Shown here: positions 7,400 to 16,927 of the stretch, in pieces
How the letters are laid out: every line of letters starts with the position of its first letter
How positions within the stretch are numbered: the stretch's first letter is position 1
IMG/VR virus record: IMGVR_UViG_3300048011_000479
Span: 1-61,702 of that record
Strand: one strand, 5' to 3'
Origin: a virus
Lineage: Duplodnaviria > Caudoviricetes
DNA length: 61,702 bases
Made by a program: the position numbers and the translations under genes
The notes under the pieces: generated by a model
Database searches by the model: none
Seen by the model: the letters and a program-made list of their open reading frames with translations, nothing else
Told to the model about the DNA's origin: nothing

Positions 7400-8731
7400 A
7401 TGGCAAAAGCAAAAGATACTGCAAGTAAACTTAAAAACTGGGCTCCTAATCCAGATATTACTCCTGAAGAACTAGAGGAAATGCGTGTCGAAGTATACGA
7501 TCGCATTATTGTTGCACGAGTAGGTTTGTTACTGCGTCACCCTTTCTTTGGCAACATGGCAACTCGTTTGCGTATTTTGGCAGCAGATGATTGGTTACCG
7601 ACAGCCGCTGTAGACGGACGCAATTTGTATTACAATACACAGTTCTTTAATGCTATGAACAATAAAGAAATTGAGTTTGTTGTTGCACACGAAATTCTAC
7701 ACATGGTGTTTGATCATTTAGGACGTAGAGAAGATCGACATCCTATGCTTTACAATATTGCCGCAGACTACAAAGTTAATAACTTGCTAGTACGAGATCG
7801 CATTGGCACTGTACCTAGTATTGTAGATTGCTTTCAAGACTTTAAATACGAAGCAGATACTTCAGAAGATATCTATGATAAACTTTTTGAGGATGCAAAA
7901 CAAGCAGGCAAAGAATTACAAGAACTTCTAGATCAGCTCGACGAAGAAGGCGAGATGCTAGACGAACACCTTGACGACGGTGACGGAAGTAGTGATGAAG
8001 GTGAAGAAGAAAAAGACGCAAACGGCAATAATGTTTCTAAGAAGCGTCCAAAGTACTCTAAAGAAGAATTAAAGAAAATTAAAGACGAAATTAAAGAAGG
8101 CATGATGACTGCCGCGCAAGCCGCAGGTGCCGGTAATGTTCCAGGTGAAGTTGCTCGAATGATTAAAGAGCTTACTGAGCCTAAGATGAACTGGCGTGAA
8201 ATTCTACAACAACAAATTCAATCAACTATTCGAAACGACTTTACGTTTGGACGTCCTAACCGTAAGAGCTGGCATACTGGTGCTATTCTTCCAGGACAGG
8301 ACTTTGACGAAACAATTGATATTGCTGTAGCACTTGACATGTCAGGTTCAATTGGTAACGCTCAAGCAGAAGATTTCTTAGGCGAAGTTAAAGGCATTAT
8401 GGATCAATATGCTGATTACAATATTAAAGTATGGTGCTTTGATACTAAGGTGTACAACGAACAAGACTTTACAGCAGACGGCGGTGAAGACTTGTTAGAT
8501 TATGAAATTATGGGCGGCGGCGGCACTGACTTTGACGCTAATTGGAATTATATGAAAGAAACAGGTTATGTGCCTAAGAAGTTCATTATGTTTACAGATG
8601 GTTACGCTTGGGATAGCTGGGGCGACGAAGACTACTGCGACACAGTATTCCTAATTCACTCACACCACGACAAGAACGTACAAGCACCATTTGGTACTAC
8701 TGTACGTTATGAGGAAGCAAGTGCCGCATAA
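7400..8731 (+). CDS. HExxH metallopeptidase-like plus VWA domain protein (DUF2201-type), MoxR partner
   Basis: VAHEILH, acidic linker, MIDAS DMSGS, GGGTDF, FTDG. Confidence 0.85.
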   Translation: MAKAKDTASKLKNWAPNPDITPEELEEMRVEVYDRIIVARVGLLLRHPFFGNMATRLRILAADDWLPTAAVDGRNLYYNTQFFNAMNNKEIEFVVAHEILHMVFDHLGRREDRHPMLYNIAADYKVNNLLVRDRIGTVPSIVDCFQDFKYEADTSEDIYDKLFEDAKQAGKELQELLDQLDEEGEMLDEHLDDGDGSSDEGEEEKDANGNNVSKKRPKYSKEELKKIKDEIKEGMMTAAQAAGAGNVPGEVARMIKELTEPKMNWREILQQQIQSTIRNDFTFGRPNRKSWHTGAILPGQDFDETIDIAVALDMSGSIGNAQAEDFLGEVKGIMDQYADYNIKVWCFDTKVYNEQDFTADGGEDLLDYEIMGGGGTDFDANWNYMKETGYVPKKFIMFTDGYAWDSWGDEDYCDTVFLIHSHHDKNVQAPFGTTVRYEEASAA

Positions 8732-9008
8732 ACTAAAAGAACCAAATTCTTTAAACTTATTCGATTTACGGAAATCTAAAGTTGTTGTACCGTATTTCGA
8801 TTATATATCCATTCCTTACACCTATAACCTCGAAGATTCATTAAATAAATGGATAGTAAAAAACTTAAAAGGAAGATATTTTGTGGGCAAGACTGTTGAT
8901 GTTTTACCACAAACTAACAAGGTAGAAACGCTAATGAAAGTGGGCTTTGAAGACTCAAAAGAAATGAGTTATTTCATGTTAGCCTGTCCACTTTTAAAGT
9001 ACAAGTAA
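8721..9008 (+). CDS. hypothetical protein
   Basis: ORF 8691..9008; GTG 8721 after GAGGA is the more plausible start. Confidence 0.65.
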   Translation: MPHKLKEPNSLNLFDLRKSKVVVPYFDYISIPYTYNLEDSLNKWIVKNLKGRYFVGKTVDVLPQTNKVETLMKVGFEDSKEMSYFMLACPLLKYK

Positions 9009-9024
9009 TTAAGTACGCATATAT
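9009..9024. promoter_or_regulatory. operator-like motif copy
   Basis: TTAAG-TACGCA-TATAT; the 13-mer AATTAAGTACGCA recurs exactly at 39096-39108 (-). Confidence 0.55.
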
Positions 9025-9047
9025 AATTATACACAAGGAGAAAACTT

Positions 9048-9299
9048 ATGGCTGATGAAAAAACTCAAGCAACTGCACCACAAGCAGAAGCAAATACACA
9101 AGCGGAAGCGCCAGCGGCAGCTGAACTAACAGTTCAAGACTTAACTGCTATCAAGCAGATTATCGACGTTGCAAGCTCTCGTGGAGCATTTAAAGCAAAC
9201 GAAATGGCTGTTGTGGGCACAACGTATAACAAATTGGAATCTTTCTTAGGTGCTGTACAAGCACAGCAAGAGCCCAAGGAAGAACCTAAAGGAGAGTAA
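9048..9299 (+). CDS. hypothetical protein
   Basis: AAGGAG RBS, 83 aa. Confidence 0.8.
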   Translation: MADEKTQATAPQAEANTQAEAPAAAELTVQDLTAIKQIIDVASSRGAFKANEMAVVGTTYNKLESFLGAVQAQQEPKEEPKGE

Positions 9300-9301
9300 T
9301 T

Positions 9302-9913
9302 ATGGCTCTAAAACACGTAGGCCGTATTGCGGCAACTGGTAAAAAAGTAATTGTAGCATACAGAGTAATTCCCGGCGATCCAGAGAATTGCTTAGTTATT
9401 CCTACACAAGCACTTGATGCAGCACAACACGACGATGTTATGAAGTGTTTAGAATCAAATGCAGGACAGAATGCATACGAGTTTGCAGAAGCAATGGCAC
9501 GTACTACACTAAGCGACGGACTAAACATGCTTGCAGGTATGCAAAAATATGGTAAGATTGTAAAGGTAAAATCTAATACAATCGAAATGACTCCTGATAC
9601 TAAGAGCGTTATTAATCTTGCTGAGTTAAACAAAATGTTGGCTGAGCAAAAAGGGGTTACTGTAGCAGACTTAGCACTTAAAGGTCCAGATGGTCAAACT
9701 GTACAACCTAAAACAGAAACTACAACTGCTGATCCTGTAGGTGATTATGCAACTACAAAAGTAGATGGTGTACTAACTGACGAGGATTTAGCGGCACAAT
9801 ATCGCTCACAAGCAGATGCACTGTTTAAAGAAGCAAAGGCGCTTAGAGAACAAGCGGAAGAACTTGTTCCGACTAAGAAAAAGACCAAAACTAGTGCCAA
9901 AGAAACCCAATAA
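9302..9913 (+). CDS. hypothetical protein
   Basis: AAGGAG RBS, 203 aa, C-terminal coiled coil and basic tail. Confidence 0.8.
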   Translation: MALKHVGRIAATGKKVIVAYRVIPGDPENCLVIPTQALDAAQHDDVMKCLESNAGQNAYEFAEAMARTTLSDGLNMLAGMQKYGKIVKVKSNTIEMTPDTKSVINLAELNKMLAEQKGVTVADLALKGPDGQTVQPKTETTTADPVGDYATTKVDGVLTDEDLAAQYRSQADALFKEAKALREQAEELVPTKKKTKTSAKETQ

Positions 9914-10208
9914 AAAGCTACCCCAAGAAGTAATTAGTCATTGGCCCGAGGTATTCGATGATGTGGAAATAGATGTTGTTCCACTAGAATACCTCGACTC
10001 AGTTCGTGTAGAATTTGTAGACGGCAAAGTTTGGGACATTGAAATAAATACCGAAAAAAACAAAGTCGAAGATTTAGAAAAGTCACTTGACGACTTATTT
10101 GAACAATATCAAAATCACATTAAAAATGTTGACTTTAGGCTTAATACTAACAAAGTTAAGCGTGATATTACTACTCGAACACAAAAATTCCTCAAACTAA
10201 GAAGATAA
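9894..10208 (+). CDS. hypothetical protein
   Basis: ORF 9816..10208; GTG 9894 is a plausible start but uncertain. Confidence 0.65.
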   Translation: MPKKPNKKLPQEVISHWPEVFDDVEIDVVPLEYLDSVRVEFVDGKVWDIEINTEKNKVEDLEKSLDDLFEQYQNHIKNVDFRLNTNKVKRDITTRTQKFLKLRR

Positions 10209-10226
10209 GCCATTCCTCCTTAATCG

Positions 10227-10234
10227 GATAAATA
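10227..10234 (+). promoter_or_regulatory. late promoter
   Basis: GATAAATA upstream of the fibre gene. Confidence 0.6.
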
Positions 10235-10274
10235 CTTTTAACAAATTATAATATGTTATCAGGAGTTAACTAAA

Positions 10275-11921
10275 ATGGCATTACAGATCAGACGTGGCAC
10301 AGATGCTGAACGTACCGCTGGCGGAGGCGTTATATTTGCAGAAGGCGAACTAATATACGTAACAGATACGGATTCACTTTATATAGGTGACGGTTCAACA
10401 GCAGGTGGCATAAAACTTACAGACAACGCAGGCGCAGTACTTAATACGTATATTACTGCCGATACAATCAATTCAACAATAGATTTACAACAAGATTTAG
10501 ACCTTAACGGTAATGATATTATCGGAACAGGTAATATTAATATAAACGGTACTATCACTGCAACAGGTAATATTAACATCGGTGACGATGCTGATGCAGA
10601 CACTGTAGACTTTACTGCTAAAATAACAAGCACACTAACTCCTAACGCAGATTCTACATACGATATCGGTGCAATGAATGCACGTTGGAACAATGGTTAC
10701 TTTACTGGGTTAGCTGTCGACGGACAAATAGAAGCAGTAGCAATCAACGCAGACGTTATTGCAGATAATTCCACTGTAATGGTAGACACAAGTAGTAATA
10801 CACTTACAGGTGACTTAACAGGTGATGTTACCGGTGACACAGCAGGTACCCACACTGGTGCTGTTGTAGGTAATGTAACAGGTGGTGTTACTGGTGACAC
10901 AGCAGGTACCCACACTGGTGCTGTTGTAGGTAATGTAACAGGTGATGTTACTGGGGATGTTGTAGGTAACGTAACTGGTGACGTAGTAGGTAATTTAACT
11001 GGTACTGTAACTGGTGACATTAAAGGATCAACTAGTAGCGATCTTATTATAGAATCACTCCTGGGTCCTGCGGATGCTTTAATTAATGCTTTTAATATTA
11101 CAGCAACAGGCACAATTACAGGTGATTTAACTGGTAATGTAACTGGTAATGTAACTGGTGATGTAACTGGATCCCACACAGGCGATTCCAAAGGGTCTGT
11201 ATTTGCAGACGATTCTACCTTACTAGTAGACGCTGTTGCAGGATCTATTCCAGGAGAAAATATTACCGGAACTGTTACAGCAGATTTAACAGGCGATGTT
11301 ACAGGTAATGTTACAGGTGATGTTACAGGTAATGTTACAGGTAATGTTACAGGCAATATTTTTACTAACTCATTAGATTCAGATGATAGTTCAGCTATTA
11401 TTGTTACTCCAAGAATGGACTTTAGTTCTGATGTTATAGTAAACAATAGTTTATCAATAAATCGTTCAGGAAATCCAGGCAGCGATATTATTAAGTTAGA
11501 TAATACAGGAACTGTAAACTGTCTTAAGTTAGAATCTCAAATTATCACACACACTGATAACGGAGAAATTAGATTTGAAGATCGAGTAGGATTTATTCAA
11601 AGAGCTGTATTTGAACAAGAAGCAGTATTTGGCAATGATGTAAGTATTCAAACTGGTAACTTTGCAGTAGAAACATTTACGGGCGATCCGGACGACGACG
11701 ACTCTGTTGCAAATCCTGCAAATTACGACAAGCACCTTGAGGCAACAACTGAAAAAGTATCTTTTGGTGTTCCAGCTAAATTCCCTAGTCTATCACAAGC
11801 TGAAGTTGATGCAATTGACAACGAAGTTGGTATGGTTGTATTCAATACTACTAATAGTAAATTAGAAGTATGTACAGGTGCAGGCACAGGCGGCGCACAA
11901 ACATACGTAGCATTACACTAA
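10275..11921 (+). CDS. tail-fibre/virion fibre-like protein with G-[ND]-V-T repeats
   Basis: N-terminal MALQIRRGT...FAEGELIY..D...YIGDG attachment motif; long GNVT/GDVT repeat shaft; AGGAG RBS. Confidence 0.7.
   Translation: MALQIRRGTDAERTAGGGVIFAEGELIYVTDTDSLYIGDGSTAGGIKLTDNAGAVLNTYITADTINSTIDLQQDLDLNGNDIIGTGNININGTITATGNINIGDDADADTVDFTAKITSTLTPNADSTYDIGAMNARWNNGYFTGLAVDGQIEAVAINADVIADNSTVMVDTSSNTLTGDLTGDVTGDTAGTHTGAVVGNVTGGVTGDTAGTHTGAVVGNVTGDVTGDVVGNVTGDVVGNLTGTVTGDIKGSTSSDLIIESLLGPADALINAFNITATGTITGDLTGNVTGNVTGDVTGSHTGDSKGSVFADDSTLLVDAVAGSIPGENITGTVTADLTGDVTGNVTGDVTGNVTGNVTGNIFTNSLDSDDSSAIIVTPRMDFSSDVIVNNSLSINRSGNPGSDIIKLDNTGTVNCLKLESQIITHTDNGEIRFEDRVGFIQRAVFEQEAVFGNDVSIQTGNFAVETFTGDPDDDDSVANPANYDKHLEATTEKVSFGVPAKFPSLSQAEVDAIDNEVGMVVFNTTNSKLEVCTGAGTGGAQTYVALH
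10816..10952 (+). repeat. 60-nt tandem repeat (~2.3 copies) within the fibre gene
   Basis: ggtgacacagcaggtacccacactggtgctgttgtaggtaatgtaacaggtg repeated at 60-nt spacing. Confidence 0.9.
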
Positions 11922-11941
11922 TACTTAATTTATTAAGTCAC

Positions 11942-11970
11942 AAAAAAAGGAGCGTTAATGCTCCTTTTTT
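11942..11970. terminator. bidirectional intrinsic terminator between convergent genes
   Basis: AAAAAAAGGAGC-GTTAAT-GCTCCTTTTTT. Confidence 0.9.
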
Positions 11971-11988
11971 ATTATCTAGTGTTTTGTA

Positions 11989-14619
11989 TTATACTTTAAG
12001 AACGCATTCGACTAGTTTTTCTTCTTCAATACTGATTGTTTCTAATGCTATACCTACCATTGAGCCACCGTTAATAGCAGTACTTGCACAACCTTTGTCG
12101 TCTACATATACTGCTTGACCTTTTTTAACTGCGCCAATAACACGTACAGGCAAACGTCCTTTAAGTCCAATGTATTGTCCTTCAGCCTTGCTGTTCATCA
12201 TAAGTGCAGGATCTGTTGATACAACACCAATTGCTATATCGCCTCTATTAGCTGGGTCAACTTCGTGTCCTGGCATTCTGCCTACTGTAACTACTGTTCC
12301 GTTTGGAAGTTCTTCTGCTGTTGAATATTTTTCTGCTAAGTCAGCATATTCTGCTTCAGTAGCAGTACCAACAAACTTTTTGCCACTTTGTAACTCAATT
12401 CCATTTGCTGTAACTTGTCCGATTAGTGTGCCACTAACTGTCATAGTTACATTTGAGCTACTATTTACTGTAACATTACTACTTCCGTTTACAATTCTTT
12501 CTGAACTAATTCCTGAAATATCGCCTTGTAATCCAGAAACTAAACTATCAACTTGCGCTGTACTGTAAATTTCTAAATTTGTTCTAGCTGCACTAGCAGT
12601 AGTTGCACCTGTGCCACCATTTGCAATAGCAGTTACGTTTGATCCAAAATTAAAGTTAGATGCATTAATTGTACCAACAGTTAAGTTATCAAACCAACCA
12701 TCATTTGCTGTTCCTGCTTGGTTAACATGTCCTACAAGTCTTACATTTGCAGTAATAGTATCACCGTCAATATCACCGTCAGCATCAATTTGTCCAACCA
12801 TAATTTTGTTGTTAACGTCACGTGCTACAAGTGTATTAGCACGTTTAGCTGTGTCAGCATCAATACCTAATTGTACCGCAGCATTCTCTACTGCTGCACC
12901 GTCTAAATCAGTGTTGACATAAATGTTCATGTACGGATCATTATTATAAACACTAATACCGTTTACATAATTACCGGTAGTATCTGTTCCTAATGCAACT
13001 TGATTAGGACCAACTGTTAAACTTAATGTAACATCTTGAGAGCCATCAAGCGTAACTGTTCCGTTTGCATCGCCGTCTACAGTAATTGTTCTTGGCGTAG
13101 TCCATTGTGCTGCTGTTGTTGATTGTCCGTTGAACGATCCTACAAACTCAGTAGCAAATAGTTTACCGTTGTTATCTCTAACTGCTACAGTATTAGGTTG
13201 TCCAACTAAGTTTGCAACTGCGGCAGATCTATATTCATATTGATTCGGTATTCCTGTTGGTACCTGCATAGTAGCAGCCCTTGTTGCTATACCGTTAAAC
13301 TGATTAGCAAAAACATTACCCGATGCATCACGCACTACTACTCTATCTGCAACAGATGCAGTGGTTCCAGGTACATAAGAACTAGTTCCTTGAATAAGCA
13401 CTCCGTTTGCTTTAGAAACTGTACCAATTACTGGCTGAGCAGTATCTAAAGAATTATATATGTGTGTTCCTCTAAACGAAGTAGCAAATATATCTCCAAC
13501 ACTATCTCTTGTTACAATTGAATCATTTGTATTTGTTTTAGTAGCAATTTTATAAGTGCCATCACTTAGTAAGCTATCTGCTCTATCTGATACACCTCTT
13601 AAGTTTGCAACATGCAATTCGCTCCAGCGTAGGCTTGAACTACCAATTGCATAAGTGTTGTCTGATATTGGCATCAACCCGTTTTGGGTAAGTGTTAAAG
13701 GTGTAACAGTACTTCCGCCTGTGTCTTTAACTTTAAAATTCATTTTGGCGCCAGTAATAGTAGATTCTAATATTGCTTCGCCGCCGCTAACTTTTAATAA
13801 TACTTCGTTGTTCGGACCAATTAATAATCCATCATTATCATCAATATCAACTTGTGTTTGGAACACAGGATTCGAACGTTGAACAAATTCTTCTGCTAAT
13901 GTGCCGCCTAAACGTAATGCATCTGCTGAACTACCGTGAAACTGATAGTTGCCGCCTGTTACTCCGTTGTTAGCATTTTGTGTATTAACTAGTGTAATAC
14001 CTTTCTTAATTCTATCAAAGCCGGAAATTGCATTTGAATCATCTAGTGTAAATTCGTCATTACTTGCTATAAAGACTACAACATCGTCAACAAACCCTTT
14101 TAGAATTTTATGCTGATACGGAGTAGGGTCTTGTTGCCCGGCAAATAAGTTATCATATACTACAACGTCAGTAACTTCTGTTCTAACATCTTGAGACGCT
14201 TTTGGACCAATTAGTACAAATGGATCACCTGTTAGTGAGCCGTTATGTGCATATAGTTGACTAGTAACATCGTCCCACCATAAGTCGCCTTTGTTAACAT
14301 TTGCTGCTGTAATTGCATTGCCTGTTGGTTTTGCGCCAATATGTACGTTTCCGAGGGGAACAAAAACGTTTTCATCGTTGCCGTCAAATACTTTTATTTT
14401 ACTGTCGTCAGTATCAAACCATAATTGACCTGCAACTGGTCTTGGTGGTTGATTTGCTCCTGCAAAATTTTCTAGTAAGTATACGAAATTTTCATTTTGT
14501 ATCTCACCGTACCCTGCGTAGTTTTTACCTATTAGTTTTAGGTCAGTGCTATTATCAATAGTACCATCTTCAACTACTGCAATCTCATTATTTCTAGTAT
14601 TAAAAATTGTATATGCCAT
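11989..14619 (-). CDS. tail fibre protein
   Basis: MAY..DGTID..L.LIGKNY..YGE..NENF..LLENFA..GQLW.D N-terminus shared with the two adjacent genes; IANGGTGATTASAARTNL fibre motif; C-terminal ADLAE.Y...GRLPVRV.G.V.KG domain. Confidence 0.75.
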   Translation of the reverse strand: MAYTIFNTRNNEIAVVEDGTIDNSTDLKLIGKNYAGYGEIQNENFVYLLENFAGANQPPRPVAGQLWFDTDDSKIKVFDGNDENVFVPLGNVHIGAKPTGNAITAANVNKGDLWWDDVTSQLYAHNGSLTGDPFVLIGPKASQDVRTEVTDVVVYDNLFAGQQDPTPYQHKILKGFVDDVVVFIASNDEFTLDDSNAISGFDRIKKGITLVNTQNANNGVTGGNYQFHGSSADALRLGGTLAEEFVQRSNPVFQTQVDIDDNDGLLIGPNNEVLLKVSGGEAILESTITGAKMNFKVKDTGGSTVTPLTLTQNGLMPISDNTYAIGSSSLRWSELHVANLRGVSDRADSLLSDGTYKIATKTNTNDSIVTRDSVGDIFATSFRGTHIYNSLDTAQPVIGTVSKANGVLIQGTSSYVPGTTASVADRVVVRDASGNVFANQFNGIATRAATMQVPTGIPNQYEYRSAAVANLVGQPNTVAVRDNNGKLFATEFVGSFNGQSTTAAQWTTPRTITVDGDANGTVTLDGSQDVTLSLTVGPNQVALGTDTTGNYVNGISVYNNDPYMNIYVNTDLDGAAVENAAVQLGIDADTAKRANTLVARDVNNKIMVGQIDADGDIDGDTITANVRLVGHVNQAGTANDGWFDNLTVGTINASNFNFGSNVTAIANGGTGATTASAARTNLEIYSTAQVDSLVSGLQGDISGISSERIVNGSSNVTVNSSSNVTMTVSGTLIGQVTANGIELQSGKKFVGTATEAEYADLAEKYSTAEELPNGTVVTVGRMPGHEVDPANRGDIAIGVVSTDPALMMNSKAEGQYIGLKGRLPVRVIGAVKKGQAVYVDDKGCASTAINGGSMVGIALETISIEEEKLVECVLKV

Positions 14620-14649
14620 TTTCGTCAATATCCCCTATTACGATAATAG

Positions 14650-14657
14650 TATTTATC
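14650..14657 (-). promoter_or_regulatory. late promoter
   Basis: GATAAATA on the - strand upstream of 14619. Confidence 0.6.
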
Positions 14658-14677
14658 GTATTTGCCCATTAAAATCT

Positions 14678-16927
14678 TTACGGAGTCTCTCCGTTTGGTC
14701 CTGTTGCAGACGTTGTCCATTCTTTTGTTCCGCCATTATCAATAACTTTAAAAAATCGTTTTACCCTAGTTGATGCCGGTGTAGGCGTAGCCCCATCGTC
14801 TGCTTTTAGCGTAACATCGCCCGATGTATTACCTGTAAATCCAATGTTTGATATTAACTGTTGATTAGGTGAGCCGCCACTTACAGGTGTAACGCCGTAA
14901 GGTTCAACGGTATTAATATCAGTAAAATCAGCACCTATTGACGTAGTATCAATAGTTCCTGCTACATCAATATTACTAACTGCGCCGCGCAATGAAGTAG
15001 TATGCATTCTTGCATATGTATTAATACGCTTTTCAGCTGCTGGGTGCAAGAAATCTAATATGTCGATAAGTTGTGCTGTAACTGACCCAAAGCCTGGCTG
15101 CGGCATATCTGTAATATCTAGTGCAACTGCAACTGTGTTACTTTCCATTTGTGTATCGACATAATCTTTATTTGCCGCATCAGACAAGTTTCCAGTATCG
15201 TAATTAGTTGTTGTCAAACCTGTAAGCATTACAGTACTAGCACCATTTTTAAATGTCACTGTACCAGAACTATCTATAGTCAAAGGTGATGTAGTGGTAA
15301 TCGTAGGTATGCCACTAAGTTCGTCTAATGTCATACTACTGTGAACACGCAATCTATCCATAATGCCAACGTCACGTAACCCTAATGCTTCTTCAACAGC
15401 AACTCCAATTTCGTGGAATGTTCCGCCAGAGTTTTCTTGAATCATCATAATATCGTTAATCTTATATGCTTTTCCTTCTACAAGATTAAGATTATCATTT
15501 AGTTCCCAGTTTGTACCGTTAATAGTATCGTTAACCCAAGTAATAGTTTTATCAGCAGATGCACCTGGTTCGCCTTTAACAGTTATACCTGCTCCGTTAG
15601 CTGTATCATTATTACGCTGTATTAAACTATTAACATAAACAGGAGTAAACCCATTTTCTTCATAAAATATGCCGTTAGTAGATGCTGTTAAGGTATCGCT
15701 AGTAGCAGTAAATAATCCATTTACAGGCTCTAAGTATATAACAGTCCTATTATCTGAAATTCTTTTGTAAGTACCTGTTGCTCCGCTTGTTGTTTGCGTG
15801 ATAGTTTCGCCAACTGTAAGCTGTCCTGCTATAGCCGAGTTTAATGGAGCATTAAATGTTATAATTGTATCTGTATGACCCAATTCTATGTTATAATCGT
15901 CGATGCTAACTGTAGTTGCTTCGATAATTTGATTATTGCCTTGTACAGTTAAATCTCCTCTAATAAACACGCTACCATTAACATCTAGCGAAGCAGTTGG
16001 TAATTCGTCTGTTGCGAGATTTACACCCATACGTTTTGTCTGAGGGTCAAGTACTATGCCGTCATAGTCTGTATCACCTAGTAATCTAAATCTAAGTTGA
16101 TCGTTTAGTGCTGTATTTTGAAATATTGTGCCGTCAGCAGTAATAAAAATTCGTGTTTCGCCGGAGTTACCTATAGTAAGTCCGCCACTATCGCTAATTG
16201 TTAACGATCCGCTTGTTTCGCCATCGTCGTCTGATGGTAAGAACTGCGATGCTGTTTTCTTAACACGTAATCCTGTATCAGGATCAATTTTATCTGTAAC
16301 CAAAGAGTTTGTAGAATCTGCAATCCCATAAAAACGAAATTCATCTTCGTTTACAATGTTTATTCCTTTTTTAACATTACCTGTAATTTGAAGTAAAGAT
16401 TGTTCTGCAACAGTCGGAGTATATTCTTCGTTACTAATAAATGCAACTAAGTCTTCCCCTACATACATTTTTAACAATGTATGATCAACAGCACTTCTAT
16501 CACGCACTGTATCAACTTCCCAACCAGTCTTTCCCTGAGCATTTTCGTAAACAGGTCCTACAAGTGTTGTATCTGTTCCGTCATAAAAATATAACTGATC
16601 AGTTGAATTGTTAATCCAAATATCTCCAGCAACCATGTTAGGTCTGTCATTGCTTACAATAGGACCATTTGATTTAAATCCTGTACCATCATATACCTTT
16701 AATCTTCCTTCTGATCTATCATACCACAACTGCCCTGTAATAGGAGTTGATGGAGCTCCTGATCCTGCAAAATTTTCAAGTAGTTTTATTAAATTTTCAT
16801 TAAATGCTTCACCAAACCCTACATAGTTTCTTCCTATAAGAGTAATGTCACAAGTAGTAGTGTCTATTTGCCCGTCAACTAACTCTGTAAGAAGTGTTCC
16901 GTCTGTTTTATTAAGTTTATAAGCCAT
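14678..16927 (-). CDS. tail fibre/baseplate-associated structural protein
   Basis: Paralogous MAY...LLENFA...GQLWYD N-terminus; DAANKDYVD fibre motif. Confidence 0.75.
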   Translation of the reverse strand: MAYKLNKTDGTLLTELVDGQIDTTTCDITLIGRNYVGFGEAFNENLIKLLENFAGSGAPSTPITGQLWYDRSEGRLKVYDGTGFKSNGPIVSNDRPNMVAGDIWINNSTDQLYFYDGTDTTLVGPVYENAQGKTGWEVDTVRDRSAVDHTLLKMYVGEDLVAFISNEEYTPTVAEQSLLQITGNVKKGINIVNEDEFRFYGIADSTNSLVTDKIDPDTGLRVKKTASQFLPSDDDGETSGSLTISDSGGLTIGNSGETRIFITADGTIFQNTALNDQLRFRLLGDTDYDGIVLDPQTKRMGVNLATDELPTASLDVNGSVFIRGDLTVQGNNQIIEATTVSIDDYNIELGHTDTIITFNAPLNSAIAGQLTVGETITQTTSGATGTYKRISDNRTVIYLEPVNGLFTATSDTLTASTNGIFYEENGFTPVYVNSLIQRNNDTANGAGITVKGEPGASADKTITWVNDTINGTNWELNDNLNLVEGKAYKINDIMMIQENSGGTFHEIGVAVEEALGLRDVGIMDRLRVHSSMTLDELSGIPTITTTSPLTIDSSGTVTFKNGASTVMLTGLTTTNYDTGNLSDAANKDYVDTQMESNTVAVALDITDMPQPGFGSVTAQLIDILDFLHPAAEKRINTYARMHTTSLRGAVSNIDVAGTIDTTSIGADFTDINTVEPYGVTPVSGGSPNQQLISNIGFTGNTSGDVTLKADDGATPTPASTRVKRFFKVIDNGGTKEWTTSATGPNGETP

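Noticed and set aside
10816-10952. 60-nt repeat as a CRISPR array or DGR template/variable pair
   Set aside because: In-frame coding tandem repeat with no spacers; differences are not adenine-specific; no cas or reverse transcriptase gene in the window
10697-11446. 249-aa antisense ORF with PVT repeats
   Set aside because: Mirror of the GNVT repeat codons of the fibre gene; no RBS or promoter
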